From an uncultured delta proteobacterium (GTDB taxonomy: Bacteria; Myxococcota_A; Polyangia; Polyangiales; Polyangiaceae), in NCBI GenBank assembly GCA_963806225.1, contig CAWDXG010000001.1:1888001-1952000 (forward strand): a stretch of DNA of 64,000 bases, written 5' to 3'. Position 1 is the first letter of the stretch. Each line of letters opens with the position of its first letter. Below, piece by piece: positions 1 to 8,759 of this stretch. The translations under genes and the position numbers were made by a program. The notes below the pieces were generated by a model. It was not told where the DNA came from, searched no databases, and saw only the letters and a program-made list of their open reading frames with translations.

Positions 1-173
1 CGCGTCGGGTTGCCGCTGCGCGAGTACTCGTAGAGCTTGGGCTCGCCCGGGCGCACCTGCGCGAACGTGCTCGACAGCACGATCGGCTGCATCACGGCAG
101 CGTGCACCGGATCGGGCTCCTGCCCGGCGTGGATGGCTAGGGTGTCCCGGGACAGCGAGGCATCGGAGCTCAT
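1..173 (-). CDS. Cystathionine gamma-synthase/lyase family PLP enzyme, N-terminal part (runs off the window edge)
   Basis: Not in the ORF track. Manual translation from ATG at 173 gives MSSDASLSRDTLAIHAGQEPDPVHAAVMQPIVLSSTFAQ...YEYSRSGNPTR, the typical Cys/Met metabolism N-terminus (TxAIHAG, YSRxGNPT). Confidence 0.9.
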   Translation of the reverse strand, partial: MSSDASLSRDTLAIHAGQEPDPVHAAVMQPIVLSSTFAQVRPGEPKLYEYSRSGNPT

Positions 174-235
174 GGCTCGCCTAGATACCGCGAAACGGCC
201 GGCAGCGGCTACGTCTCCGGAAACCCGTGGTGCCG

Positions 236-275
236 GGAAAAGGACGCGGCCCGCAGCTTCGAAGCTGCGGGCCGC
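236..275 (-). terminator. Intrinsic terminator downstream of tRNA-His
   Basis: Perfect 30-bp palindrome gcggcccgcagcttc|gaagctgcgggccgc at 246-275, directly 3' of the tRNA and followed on the minus strand by GTCCTTTT. Confidence 0.7.
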
Positions 276-279
276 CCGG

Positions 280-352
280 GGTGAGTGACGGGAATTGAAC
301 CCGCGACAACTGGAGCCACAATCCAGTGCTCTACCACTGAGCTACACCCACC
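280..352 (-). tRNA. tRNA-His (GTG)
   Basis: The reverse complement folds as a cloverleaf: G-1, acceptor GTGGGTG/CACTCAC, D arm GCTCAGTGGTAGAGC, anticodon loop TTGTGGC, T loop TTCAATT, discriminator C73. CCA is not encoded (CCG follows). Confidence 0.97.
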
Positions 353-498
353 ATACTTCGTGGGCCGGGGCCCGGCGCACGGGCATTTAGTCCACGCCAC
401 CGGGGTTCCGCAAGCGGGCTCGACGGCCGGTGCGATTTTTCCCGTAGGAGGTCGGGGCTGGTGCTCACGCCCGCTGCTGGGTTAGCCTGATCCGCGGC

Positions 499-1518
499 AT
501 GCGCCCCCGCCATTTCCTGCTCCCTGGTCTGGTCGTCGGAGTGTGCGCGGCGCAGGCCGTCGCCCAGCCGCGGCCCGGTGTCCCGACGAGCTCGGCGACG
601 CCGGTGGGTTCCGCGATCCCCGCCGGCTCGGCCGCTCCCGCAAGCTCGGCCGCTCCAGCCGGTTCTGCGGCTCCAGCTGGTCCCGGCTCGCCGACCGCGC
701 TGCCGCCTCCACCTCCGGCGGCACCCTCCGGATCGGCGCCGCCCCCGCCTGCTCCTCCGGGGCAGGCCCCAGGCGCCGCGCCCCGGCCCGGCGCTCCGCC
801 CCCGCCGGCCTACGGCCAGCGCCGACCGCCCGCATACGGGTATGGCCAGCGGGGCTACGGCCAGGCGGCCTATCCGCCGTACCCGCCGCCGGGCTACGCG
901 CCGGTCGAGCCGCCCCCGCCGCCGAAGCCGAAAGGCGTCCACCTTCACGACGGCTTCTACTTCCGCGCGGATCTCGGCTTCGGCTACCTGCACGAGTCGG
1001 CGACGTTCAAGACCACCGGCGCCAGTGTCGATCAGACGCAGAGCGGCGGCGCCGGAAGCATGATGATCCTGTTCGGCGGGACGCCCGTCGACGGGTTTGC
1101 GCTCGGCGGCGGGCTATTTTTCGCTTCGGCCGGCAGCCCCAAGGCAGGAGGCAACACGAGCGGTCCGCGTGGCAGTCTCGGTTCCGAGGGGCTGATCGGG
1201 CTGACCGGCTTTGCCGACTACTACTTCGACCCGAAGGGCGGATTCCATCTGATGGGGCTGGTGGGGTTCGGCGGGCTTTCCTGGAGCGACGCGAACGGCA
1301 ACCAGGCGCCCAGCGACCAGCAGCCCGGCGGTGTCGTGCTCGGTGGCGGCGTCGGCTACGACTTCTGGGTCGGAGATCAGTGGAGTCTCGGCGTGATCGG
1401 TCGGGTGCTCTACGCGCCCATGTCGACGACCTACACGCCCGACGGCGCGACGGACGCCGTCCACTACTCGAGCAAGGTCGTTCTGCCAGTGCTGGCGTTC
1501 GCCGTGCTCGATCACTGA
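499..1518 (+). CDS. Secreted protein with Pro/Tyr/Gly-rich N-terminus and a probable outer-membrane beta-barrel
   Basis: Signal peptide (..AAQAVA-Q) and a long Pro-rich linker, then alternating aromatic/Gly strands (HDGFYFRADLGFGY, VGYDFWVGDQWSLGV). Confidence 0.75.
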   Translation: MRPRHFLLPGLVVGVCAAQAVAQPRPGVPTSSATPVGSAIPAGSAAPASSAAPAGSAAPAGPGSPTALPPPPPAAPSGSAPPPPAPPGQAPGAAPRPGAPPPPAYGQRRPPAYGYGQRGYGQAAYPPYPPPGYAPVEPPPPPKPKGVHLHDGFYFRADLGFGYLHESATFKTTGASVDQTQSGGAGSMMILFGGTPVDGFALGGGLFFASAGSPKAGGNTSGPRGSLGSEGLIGLTGFADYYFDPKGGFHLMGLVGFGGLSWSDANGNQAPSDQQPGGVVLGGGVGYDFWVGDQWSLGVIGRVLYAPMSTTYTPDGATDAVHYSSKVVLPVLAFAVLDH

Positions 1519-1527
1519 GCCGCGCGG

Positions 1528-2595
1528 CTACAGCTTCCAGTACGCCGACAGCGTGCGCTCCGCGCGCTCGAGCGCGGCCTCGTTGTCCGCATCGAATGTG
1601 CGTGGCGGTTGTGGCAGGCCTTGTTCCGCACGGCCGTGACCATCGAGCACGCGGAGCGATGCCAAGAGCGACGAACCGAGCGCCCTGAGGTCGTAGCCAC
1701 CCTCCAGCAGCAGCGCGACCCGCCCCGCCCCGCGCCCGGGCAGAACCGCCAGGATCTGTTCGAGCATCGTGGCATAGCCGGATTCCGTGACGCACATGCC
1801 GGCCAGCGGATCGCGCACGTGCGCATCGAAGCCGGCGCTGACGAGCACCAGCTCCGGCCGGTACTGTTCGGTGATCGGGGCCACGATGCGCTCGAACGCG
1901 GCGGAGTACACCGCGTCGTTCGCACCGGCACAGAGAGGCAGGTTCACGGTGAAGCCGCGGCCCTCGCCGCGGCCGACCTCGTCGCCGGCGCCGGTGCCCG
2001 GGTAGAAGGGCGACTCGTGCAGCGAGACGTACAGTACCGATGGGTCCCCATAGAACATCTCCTGCGTTCCGTTGCCGTGGTGCACGTCCCAGTCGAGCAC
2101 CAGCACGCGGTCCACACCGCGGGCCCGCGCGTGCGCCGCCGCCACGGCCACGTTGTTGAGCAGGCAGAAGCCCATCGCGGCACCGGGTCGTGCGTGGTGC
2201 CCCGGCGGCCGGAGCAGGCCCAGACCGAAGCTGGCGCGACCCTCGAGCAGGGCGTCGACCAGCGCGGTGGCCGCGCCGGCGGCCCGGCGGGCGGCCGCGG
2301 TCGACGTCGCGCAGTAGTAGGTGTCCGCGTCGAACCAGCCCTGTTTGCCGGCCACGCGGCCGAGTTGCTCCAGGTAGGCCTGCTCGTGGACGCGGAGCAG
2401 CTGCTCCTCGCTCGCGTCGCGGGGCTCGAGCTCGAGGCGCGTTAGATCCAGGTCGGCCCGGGCCAGCGCTGCCCGGGCCGCTTCGAGCCGCTCGGGCCGT
2501 TCGGGGTGCTGCCCTCCGACCGCCCGGTGACTGGAAAAGAGCGGATCGTCGCCCAGCGCGAGCGCGGGGACAGGAGAGGTGGACCCATGCTGCAT
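1528..2595 (-). CDS. Histone deacetylase family (HDAC/AcuC-like) Zn-dependent deacetylase
   Basis: Motifs HPERPER, RPPGHHA, GFC, DWDVHHGNGTQ, SAGFDAH and LEGGY are all intact. Confidence 0.95.
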   Translation of the reverse strand: MQHGSTSPVPALALGDDPLFSSHRAVGGQHPERPERLEAARAALARADLDLTRLELEPRDASEEQLLRVHEQAYLEQLGRVAGKQGWFDADTYYCATSTAAARRAAGAATALVDALLEGRASFGLGLLRPPGHHARPGAAMGFCLLNNVAVAAAHARARGVDRVLVLDWDVHHGNGTQEMFYGDPSVLYVSLHESPFYPGTGAGDEVGRGEGRGFTVNLPLCAGANDAVYSAAFERIVAPITEQYRPELVLVSAGFDAHVRDPLAGMCVTESGYATMLEQILAVLPGRGAGRVALLLEGGYDLRALGSSLLASLRVLDGHGRAEQGLPQPPRTFDADNEAALERAERTLSAYWKL

Positions 2596-2721
2596 GTTCG
2601 TTTCACTCCGGCGTGCTCGAATGATAACCTCGCGCGCACTTCAAGCGGGACGCCAGGTGGCTGAAAGCCGGTCTGGGGCCGGATTCGAAGCAGGGCGGGC
2701 TACGCGGAAGGGGCCCATCAC

Positions 2722-4185
2722 ATGCGCTGGAAGATCATTGTCGTCAACGCCGGCATCGTCCTGATCGTCGGGCTTTTGTCGTACGCACTGCTCTCGACCT
2801 CGCTTGGGGATGTCGTCTCCAACCAGGGTCAGCGCAAGACCGAGGTGGGCCAGGCGCTCCGGGCGGCCAACGCCCAGCTGGCTCTCGACGCGCTGCGTCT
2901 GGAACGCTGGTTGGACGAGCGGGCGAACACGGACGCGGTTCGCAGCGTCTTCCTCGGCGGCACGGCCGATGCCCGCAGCGAAAGCGCTACGGCACAGGCC
3001 AACAAGATCCGCGATGCCGCCGTCGGCGAACCGGATTTCGCGAAGATGGCGCCGTCGCTGGTGCTCTTCGTCGATGCCCAGGGTGTGGCGCTCGGCCGCA
3101 ACGGCTCGAACCTGATGCGGGGCGACAAGATGGCTGATGCCTATCCGTCCCTGGCGAAGGCCCTGAAGACCGGCAACACCGCCAGCGACGTGTGGCTGAA
3201 TCGTTCGCGGCAGGAGCAGATGCTGGCTAGCTACGCTCCGGTCCGTGGCGACGACGGCAAGATCCTCGGCGCGGTGATCGTCGGTACGCCGCTCAACGAC
3301 GAGCGTCTGACACGCACCAGCGACCTGACCAGCGGGCACGTGCTGCTGCTCGGCATCACGTCCGGCAAGCAGTTCGAGCTCGTCGCGAAGACCGGAAGCG
3401 CCAGCTCCGATGTGGTGGCCGCCGCCACCGGTCCGGACGCCACGCAGGCCGCCGTGAGCGCCATGGCCACAGGCAACGTCACGATCGGGGACAAGACCGC
3501 CGCCGCCCAGATCTTCGGTGCCGCGCCGCTGACGGGGTACGGCAACGGAAAGCGGGCCGTGCTGGTCTCCGCTGTGCCGGCGTCGCTGGTCGCGAGCCTG
3601 GGCGGGCTCTTGTGGCCCGTGTTCGGCGTCACGGCGCTCGGGATCCTGCTCGTCATCGTCTCCGGCGTGCTGCTGGGCAACTACATCGACACGCCGCTCT
3701 CGGAGCTCGAAGACGGCCTGCTCGCCATTATCAACGGCCGGACCGACCTGCGCTTCCAGATCGAGCATCCCGATCTGGGCGGGCTCGTGTTCCGCATCAA
3801 CTCGCTCCTGAACGCGTTGATGGGCGTTCCGGAGGACACCACGGACGACGAGGGCCGGCCGTCGCGCCCCGCCTCCGCGAACGACTTCCAGGAAGCGCTC
3901 TCCGTCGACGAGAGCTCGGTCCAGAGCCAAGCCGTCGATCCGCAGGTCGCGGCCGCGCTGGCGGCCGAACCCGCGGACCAGTACTACCAGCGTTTGTACG
4001 GCGAATACATCAACGCCAAGCGCCAGCTCGGCGATCCGGTGGATCACATCACGCCCCAGGCTTTCGTGGCCCGCATCCAGGGGACGGAGCAGGAGATGGC
4101 CGCCAAGCACGGTCGTCCCGTCCGCTACCAGGTGCAGCTCCGCGACGGGTCCGTGGTGCTGATCGCGGTGCCGCTGCCCGGCTGA
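2722..4185 (+). CDS. Membrane protein: TM, Cache-like periplasmic region, TM, HAMP-like helices and a MXAN_5187-like C-terminal domain
   Basis: Two hydrophobic segments and a HAMP-like PLSELEDG..IINGRTDLRF segment. The C-terminus YQRLYGEYINAKRQLGD..VRYQVQLRDGSVVLIAVP resembles the myxobacterial MXAN_5187 C-terminal domain (recognised from memory). Confidence 0.7.
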   Translation: MRWKIIVVNAGIVLIVGLLSYALLSTSLGDVVSNQGQRKTEVGQALRAANAQLALDALRLERWLDERANTDAVRSVFLGGTADARSESATAQANKIRDAAVGEPDFAKMAPSLVLFVDAQGVALGRNGSNLMRGDKMADAYPSLAKALKTGNTASDVWLNRSRQEQMLASYAPVRGDDGKILGAVIVGTPLNDERLTRTSDLTSGHVLLLGITSGKQFELVAKTGSASSDVVAAATGPDATQAAVSAMATGNVTIGDKTAAAQIFGAAPLTGYGNGKRAVLVSAVPASLVASLGGLLWPVFGVTALGILLVIVSGVLLGNYIDTPLSELEDGLLAIINGRTDLRFQIEHPDLGGLVFRINSLLNALMGVPEDTTDDEGRPSRPASANDFQEALSVDESSVQSQAVDPQVAAALAAEPADQYYQRLYGEYINAKRQLGDPVDHITPQAFVARIQGTEQEMAAKHGRPVRYQVQLRDGSVVLIAVPLPG

Positions 4186-4378
4186 GCCGGCGCAGGCCCA
4201 GGCCGGCGGAGATCGCCGGAATCCCGGGGCAACGCCGTTTGTCCTGGTTCCAGGCGCGGTAGAGCGGCGGGTCGGGTAGGCGCTGCCCGGCGTGGGCAAA
4301 GTCCCTGCAGGCGCCTCTGAATCGGGCTATAAGCTCGCCGCGGCGGCAACGCTGCCGGTCAACACGGAAGAAGGTCGG

Positions 4379-5125
4379 ATGGGAGTCTTCGATATCTTCA
4401 GCAAGAAGAAGGGGGAGTCAGCGAGCCCGAAGAAGAGCGAGCGCGAGGTCGCCAAGCTCCAGAAGCTCGTCGGGAACAAGATGAGCCAGAACTACGATCG
4501 CCAGCAGGCGATCGAGGAGCTGGGCCGGATGGGGACCCCCGAGGCCGCCCTGGCGCTGCTCAAGCGTTTCGACTGGACTCTCGACCCCTCGATTACCGAT
4601 CAGGAAGAGAAGGAAGCGGCGGCGCAGGGCGTGATCGCCACGGGCGAAGTAGCGCTCGAGCCAATCCGCAAGTACTGCGCTCGCGCCGAGAGCCTGACCT
4701 GGCCGCTACGCATCCTCCAGCAGATCGTCACCGAGGAACACATCGTCGATGAGCTGCTGGGCGTCCTCGACGAGTTCGACACCGAGTACACGCGTAACGC
4801 GGAGCCGAAGGAGCAGCTCATCGCTACGCTCGAGGAATACCCGTGCGACGACGTGCGCATCGCGGTCGAGCCGTTCCTGCAGGACGCGAGCGAGCCGGTC
4901 CGGTTCCGGGCCGCGACGACCACTTTCGCCATGGGCGACGAGCAGAGCGTGCCCGCACTGCTCGAGGCGCTGGAAGAAGAGGAGTCGCTCCGGGTGAAGA
5001 ACCGGATTGCCCAGGGGCTGGCGGAGCGCGGCTGGAAGATCCCGAGCGAGCTTCAGGAATCCTGCCGCGACGCGCTGCCAGACGATTTCAAGCTCGACGG
5101 CAGCGTCGTCCGTCGCGTCGGGTAG
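4379..5125 (+). CDS. HEAT repeat protein
   Basis: Start taken at ATG 4379. HEAT-like repeats RQQAIEELGRMG, LQDASEPVRFRAA, EESLRVKNRIAQGL. Confidence 0.85.
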   Translation: MGVFDIFSKKKGESASPKKSEREVAKLQKLVGNKMSQNYDRQQAIEELGRMGTPEAALALLKRFDWTLDPSITDQEEKEAAAQGVIATGEVALEPIRKYCARAESLTWPLRILQQIVTEEHIVDELLGVLDEFDTEYTRNAEPKEQLIATLEEYPCDDVRIAVEPFLQDASEPVRFRAATTTFAMGDEQSVPALLEALEEEESLRVKNRIAQGLAERGWKIPSELQESCRDALPDDFKLDGSVVRRVG

Positions 5126-5218
5126 GTCCCGCCCCGAGCGATGGCGTGACCGCGCGCACGGGACACCGCGGCGCGCCTGCGCGCTCGCTCCCGTAGCGCC
5201 CGAGGAGCCCAGCGAGGG

Positions 5219-5237
5219 CCCCGCGCGAAGCGCGGGG
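5219..5237. terminator. GC-rich hairpin between convergent genes
   Basis: ccccgcgc-gaa-gcgcgggg. No clear U-tract. Confidence 0.35.
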
Positions 5238-5268
5238 GACCCGACGCAATGTTGTGGTGACGCCTCGG

Positions 5269-6168
5269 CTACTCGCTGACGCGGTACTGCATCGGGAAGT
5301 AGAAGTTGTAGCTGATCGTCAGCATCTGGTTGAACTGGAACTGACGGTCGTCGCTGCTGATGGCGTTGTCCGGGAAGTTCTTGTCCTTGCCGCCGCCGCG
5401 GGTGTCGAAGCCGCCCGTGTTGCGCGAGAAGGGCAGCCCCCGGTACTCGAAGCCGATCGCGTTCCACTTGTTCACGTAGAACGTGAAGCCGAGCCCGAAC
5501 GTCGGCGCGATGGCCACCCGGCTCGCGCGGTCGTACTTGCCCTTGCAGCTGTTGGCCGGGCAGTCCGCCCGCTCCTGAACGCCAACGAACGCCGGGCCTG
5601 CGAAGAAGTACAGATCGGTATCGACGAAGATGTTCTTGAAGAGGGCGAGCTTGCCCCGGAACGGCGTGACCGTGAGCTGCGGCGCCAGGATCCAATCCAT
5701 GGTGCCGAGCTGGTCCTTGAAGTTCGGCCCGAGGTTCGTGTCGACCAGCCGTTGATCCACGATCTCGCCGCCGCCGCCCTGTACGACCTTCGCGTTCGCC
5801 GCGCGGCGCTGTGCGTTCACGTCCTGCACATGATCCGACAGCGCGGTCGGGATCTTGACGGCGCCGTAGCTGCCGAAGACGCCCACACCCAGCCAGTCCG
5901 TGAAGTTGTAGTTGAGGCGGGCGCCGAAGAAGATCGTGCGCTGGTACTGATCCAGCAGCGAGAAGGTCACCGCCGGGGAAACCTCGAAGCGCCCCTGACG
6001 GTACAGCCGCAGATGGCGCACCGCAGGCGCGCCGGCGAGGGGCCCCGTTACCAGGATCTCCTGCGCCTGCGCCTTGTGGGTGGAGCCGAACAGGGCGGCG
6101 CCTGCCACAGCCGCCGAAAGCAACCAGCGGGCCGCCTTCGTCCTCGTTTTCGTGGTCGTCGTGCGCAT
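5269..6168 (-). CDS. Outer-membrane beta-barrel protein, GltA/GltB-like
   Basis: Signal peptide ending AQA-Q. Barrel strands GRFEVSPAVTFSLLDQY, TPFRGKLALF, ISYNFYFP. Tandem with a paralogue and close to other glt genes. Confidence 0.75.
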   Translation of the reverse strand: MRTTTTKTRTKAARWLLSAAVAGAALFGSTHKAQAQEILVTGPLAGAPAVRHLRLYRQGRFEVSPAVTFSLLDQYQRTIFFGARLNYNFTDWLGVGVFGSYGAVKIPTALSDHVQDVNAQRRAANAKVVQGGGGEIVDQRLVDTNLGPNFKDQLGTMDWILAPQLTVTPFRGKLALFKNIFVDTDLYFFAGPAFVGVQERADCPANSCKGKYDRASRVAIAPTFGLGFTFYVNKWNAIGFEYRGLPFSRNTGGFDTRGGGKDKNFPDNAISSDDRQFQFNQMLTISYNFYFPMQYRVSE

Positions 6169-6194
6169 TGTTGCCTGACCTCGCCTTTCGCCCA

Positions 6195-7199
6195 TCACTT
6201 CGGCAACCTGTACTCGAACGAGAACGGGAGGAAGATGGAGATACCGACCTGCGCCTGGACGTTGTTCGTCAGTTTGGAGTCGCCGTACCAGTTGGCGGAA
6301 TCCTGCTGGGCCTTGACCGTCGTGGGTATCGAGAGGTTCTCCAGCTTGTCGTTGAAGATGTAGTCACGCACCTCGAGCACGCCGGCGAACCAGCGGTTGA
6401 AGAAGATGCGGAGGCCGATGCCGGCGTTGAACGCGAGCTTCGTTTTGTAGCTGAAGTTGCGGTTGTCCGGGTCGATGATCGGAACCGGCCGCGTGCTCAG
6501 CGCTCCTACGCCGCCCACGACGTAGGCGTCGTAGTGGAAGATGAAGTCGCCGAACCCGGCGAACTTGCCCATGGCCGGCACGTACGTGAAGTTCCCTGCA
6601 GCACCCCAGCTGTATTCCGTCAGGGGGACCGCAACGCGAGCTGCACGACGCAGATCCGCGTTGAACTTACTGTCGTTGTTGAACGGCGCGTAGTAGTTGA
6701 AGTTCGCGCCGATCGCGAGAACGTTCGTGATGTAGTAGTTCAGCGCGATGCCCGGCGCGGGATGGCTCACGAACTGGTCGTTCAGCGTGAACGACCAGTA
6801 CGGATTGATCTCCAAGCGCCGAGCGCGCAGCACGTACAGCTGCTGCATCGCGTAGATCTGCTCGTGTAGAGGCTTCTTCGCCTCCTTGGCCATGTCGAGG
6901 TGAGGGCAGGCCTGCGGGTCGATCTGGCAGATATCACCAAGGCCTGCGCCGCCAGGCAGCGCTTCCCCGGTGCCCGGCACACCCTCGCCACCGGGGATGT
7001 CCGAGCCTTCGCCAGCCTTGTCTTCCCCGGCCTTGCCTTCGCCAGCCTGGTCTGCGCCCTCTCCCGCTGCGCCCTGGTCCGCGCTGCCCGCCTGGGCATC
7101 GCCGGACTTGTCGGGCTCAGCTTTTTTCTGGCCCCACGCGACTGCGGGGACGACCCAGAGCGCAGCTGCGACGAGGAGCCCGATGCGAGTCTTCTTCAT
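6195..7199 (-). CDS. Outer-membrane beta-barrel protein, GltA/GltB-like
   Basis: Signal peptide and acidic/Gly-rich linker, then RRLEINPYWSFTLNDQF, YVPAMGKF, HYDAYVVGGVG, GISIFLPF. Start taken at ATG 7199 (7226 is an alternative). Confidence 0.75.
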   Translation of the reverse strand: MKKTRIGLLVAAALWVVPAVAWGQKKAEPDKSGDAQAGSADQGAAGEGADQAGEGKAGEDKAGEGSDIPGGEGVPGTGEALPGGAGLGDICQIDPQACPHLDMAKEAKKPLHEQIYAMQQLYVLRARRLEINPYWSFTLNDQFVSHPAPGIALNYYITNVLAIGANFNYYAPFNNDSKFNADLRRAARVAVPLTEYSWGAAGNFTYVPAMGKFAGFGDFIFHYDAYVVGGVGALSTRPVPIIDPDNRNFSYKTKLAFNAGIGLRIFFNRWFAGVLEVRDYIFNDKLENLSIPTTVKAQQDSANWYGDSKLTNNVQAQVGISIFLPFSFEYRLPK

Positions 7200-7296
7200 C
7201 GATGCCTCTTCCGTTATCCCCTTCAACGACCGCTAGAACGAGCTCTGCAACTACGTGGAAATATTGGAAAAATCTGCCAAACGCAAGCGCCGCGCG

Positions 7297-7326
7297 ACTA
7301 TATCATGCGGAATTTCCGCTGATCAA
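7297..7326 (-). promoter_or_regulatory. Sigma70-type promoter for the barrel gene pair, with a palindrome in the spacer
   Basis: Minus strand TTGATC-N18-TATAGT with extended -10 TG. The spacer contains GCGGAA-n-TTCCGC (7307-7319). Confidence 0.6.
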
Positions 7327-7345
7327 CATCCAAATCCAGAGTGAC

Positions 7346-8605
7346 CTATGCGGCACTCGCTTCGCTTTCCTTGCCGAGCAGCGCTTCGACGAACTCGACC
7401 GGCGAGAAATCATGAAGATCGTCGGCACGTTCTCCGAGTCCAACGAAGCGGACGGGTAGCTTCAAGGTGTCGCAGATCCCCAGGATCATTCCGCCCTTGG
7501 CGGTGCCATCGAGTTTCGTGAGGACGATTCCGCTGAGCGGAAGCGACTCCTTGAACTCCTTGGCCTGTGCCAGCGCATTCTGGCCGTTGGTCGCATCTAT
7601 CACGAGCAGCACCTCGTGGGGCGCTCCGTCCATGGCTTTTCCGACCGTGCGCACGACTTTCTGCATTTCGGCCATCAGGTTCGACTTGGTGTGCAGCCGT
7701 CCTGCGGTATCCGCGAGCACGACATCGGCGTCCACTTCCTCGGCCTTCTTGATCGCGTCGAAGATCACGCTGCCTGGATCCGCGCCGTCCTTGCCGCGGA
7801 CGACCTCGCACCCCACGCGGTCGCCCCACACGACGAGCTGCTGTACGGCGGCTGCCCGGAATGTGTCGCCGGCTGCCAGTACACACTTGTGACCCTCGGC
7901 CTGCATCCGCGTGGCCAGCTTGCCGATGGTGGTGGTCTTCCCCGCGCCGTTGACTCCCACCATCAGGACCACGGTGGGCTTCGACCGGAGCTGGAACGCT
8001 CCCGCCTCGCCGTCGACCTCCAGCACCTGCCGGGCCTCGGCGCGCAGCGCCTCCCACACCCGGGAGGAGTCGACGAGATCGCCTTTCGACAGCTCGTCGC
8101 GCACGCGTCCCAGAATCGTTTCGGTCGTCTGTACGCCGACATCCGAGGCGAGCAGTACCTCTTCGATATCCTCGGCGATCTCGCTGCCGATTTCCTTCCG
8201 GCCGCCGAACAGGGCCTTGAGCCGGCCGAAGAAGCCTTCTTCGCCGCGGGATTTCGCCAGCCCCTTGCGCAGGCTGCCGATGTCGCGGACGTGCTCGATC
8301 GATGGGCGTCCCTCTTCTTCTGGGGCCTCTTCCTCGATGGGGATCTCGGCTTCGGCAGAGGGTTGCTCCTCCGGCTCTGCTTCCGCCTGTTCCTTGGGCT
8401 TGCCGGCTTCAGCAGGAGCGGCGGCCTTCTCCGCCTTGGGCTTCTCCGCCTTGCCTTCCGCGCGCTTGGGCGCAGCTTCCTTGCGTGCACCGAGCTTGCG
8501 CTCCGGGGGTGCGGCCTTCAGCTCCGGCGTTTCGCTCTTCTTCGAGAAGAGCAGATAGATGCCGACCAGCAGGGCGATCGCGACCAGGACGTAGACGATT
8601 GTCAT
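7346..8605 (-). CDS. ftsY: Signal recognition particle receptor FtsY with an N-terminal TM segment
   Basis: GVNGAGKTTTIGKLA, AGDTFRAAA, DTAGRLH, TKLDGTAKGG. Start taken at ATG 8605 because the GTG at 8635 overlaps the predicted -10 box. Confidence 0.97.
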   Translation of the reverse strand: MTIVYVLVAIALLVGIYLLFSKKSETPELKAAPPERKLGARKEAAPKRAEGKAEKPKAEKAAAPAEAGKPKEQAEAEPEEQPSAEAEIPIEEEAPEEEGRPSIEHVRDIGSLRKGLAKSRGEEGFFGRLKALFGGRKEIGSEIAEDIEEVLLASDVGVQTTETILGRVRDELSKGDLVDSSRVWEALRAEARQVLEVDGEAGAFQLRSKPTVVLMVGVNGAGKTTTIGKLATRMQAEGHKCVLAAGDTFRAAAVQQLVVWGDRVGCEVVRGKDGADPGSVIFDAIKKAEEVDADVVLADTAGRLHTKSNLMAEMQKVVRTVGKAMDGAPHEVLLVIDATNGQNALAQAKEFKESLPLSGIVLTKLDGTAKGGMILGICDTLKLPVRFVGLGERADDLHDFSPVEFVEALLGKESEASAA

Positions 8606-8633
8606 CGGGTAGAGCCCCCACGGGACGGCGGGC

Positions 8634-8663
8634 ACTATAGGAAGGCGTCGGAAGCCACGTCAA
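8634..8663 (-). promoter_or_regulatory. Sigma70-type promoter of ftsY
   Basis: Minus strand TTGACG-N18-TATAGT, 28 nt upstream of ATG 8605. Confidence 0.65.
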
Positions 8664-8759
8664 CGGCCGTGTCTCCCGCAACCGAAAAGGCGTTCCAGGT
8701 GCTGGAAGCCGGGTGGAAACGGCCGTCGGCTGCGGCCATTGTGCTTGACATCGGGCTTC

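Noticed and set aside
246..352. tRNA-His (and the CAT tRNA at 49719) as integration sites of an island
   Set aside because: I saw no integrase, duplicated tRNA 3' end or compositional shift. The flanks are ordinary genes.
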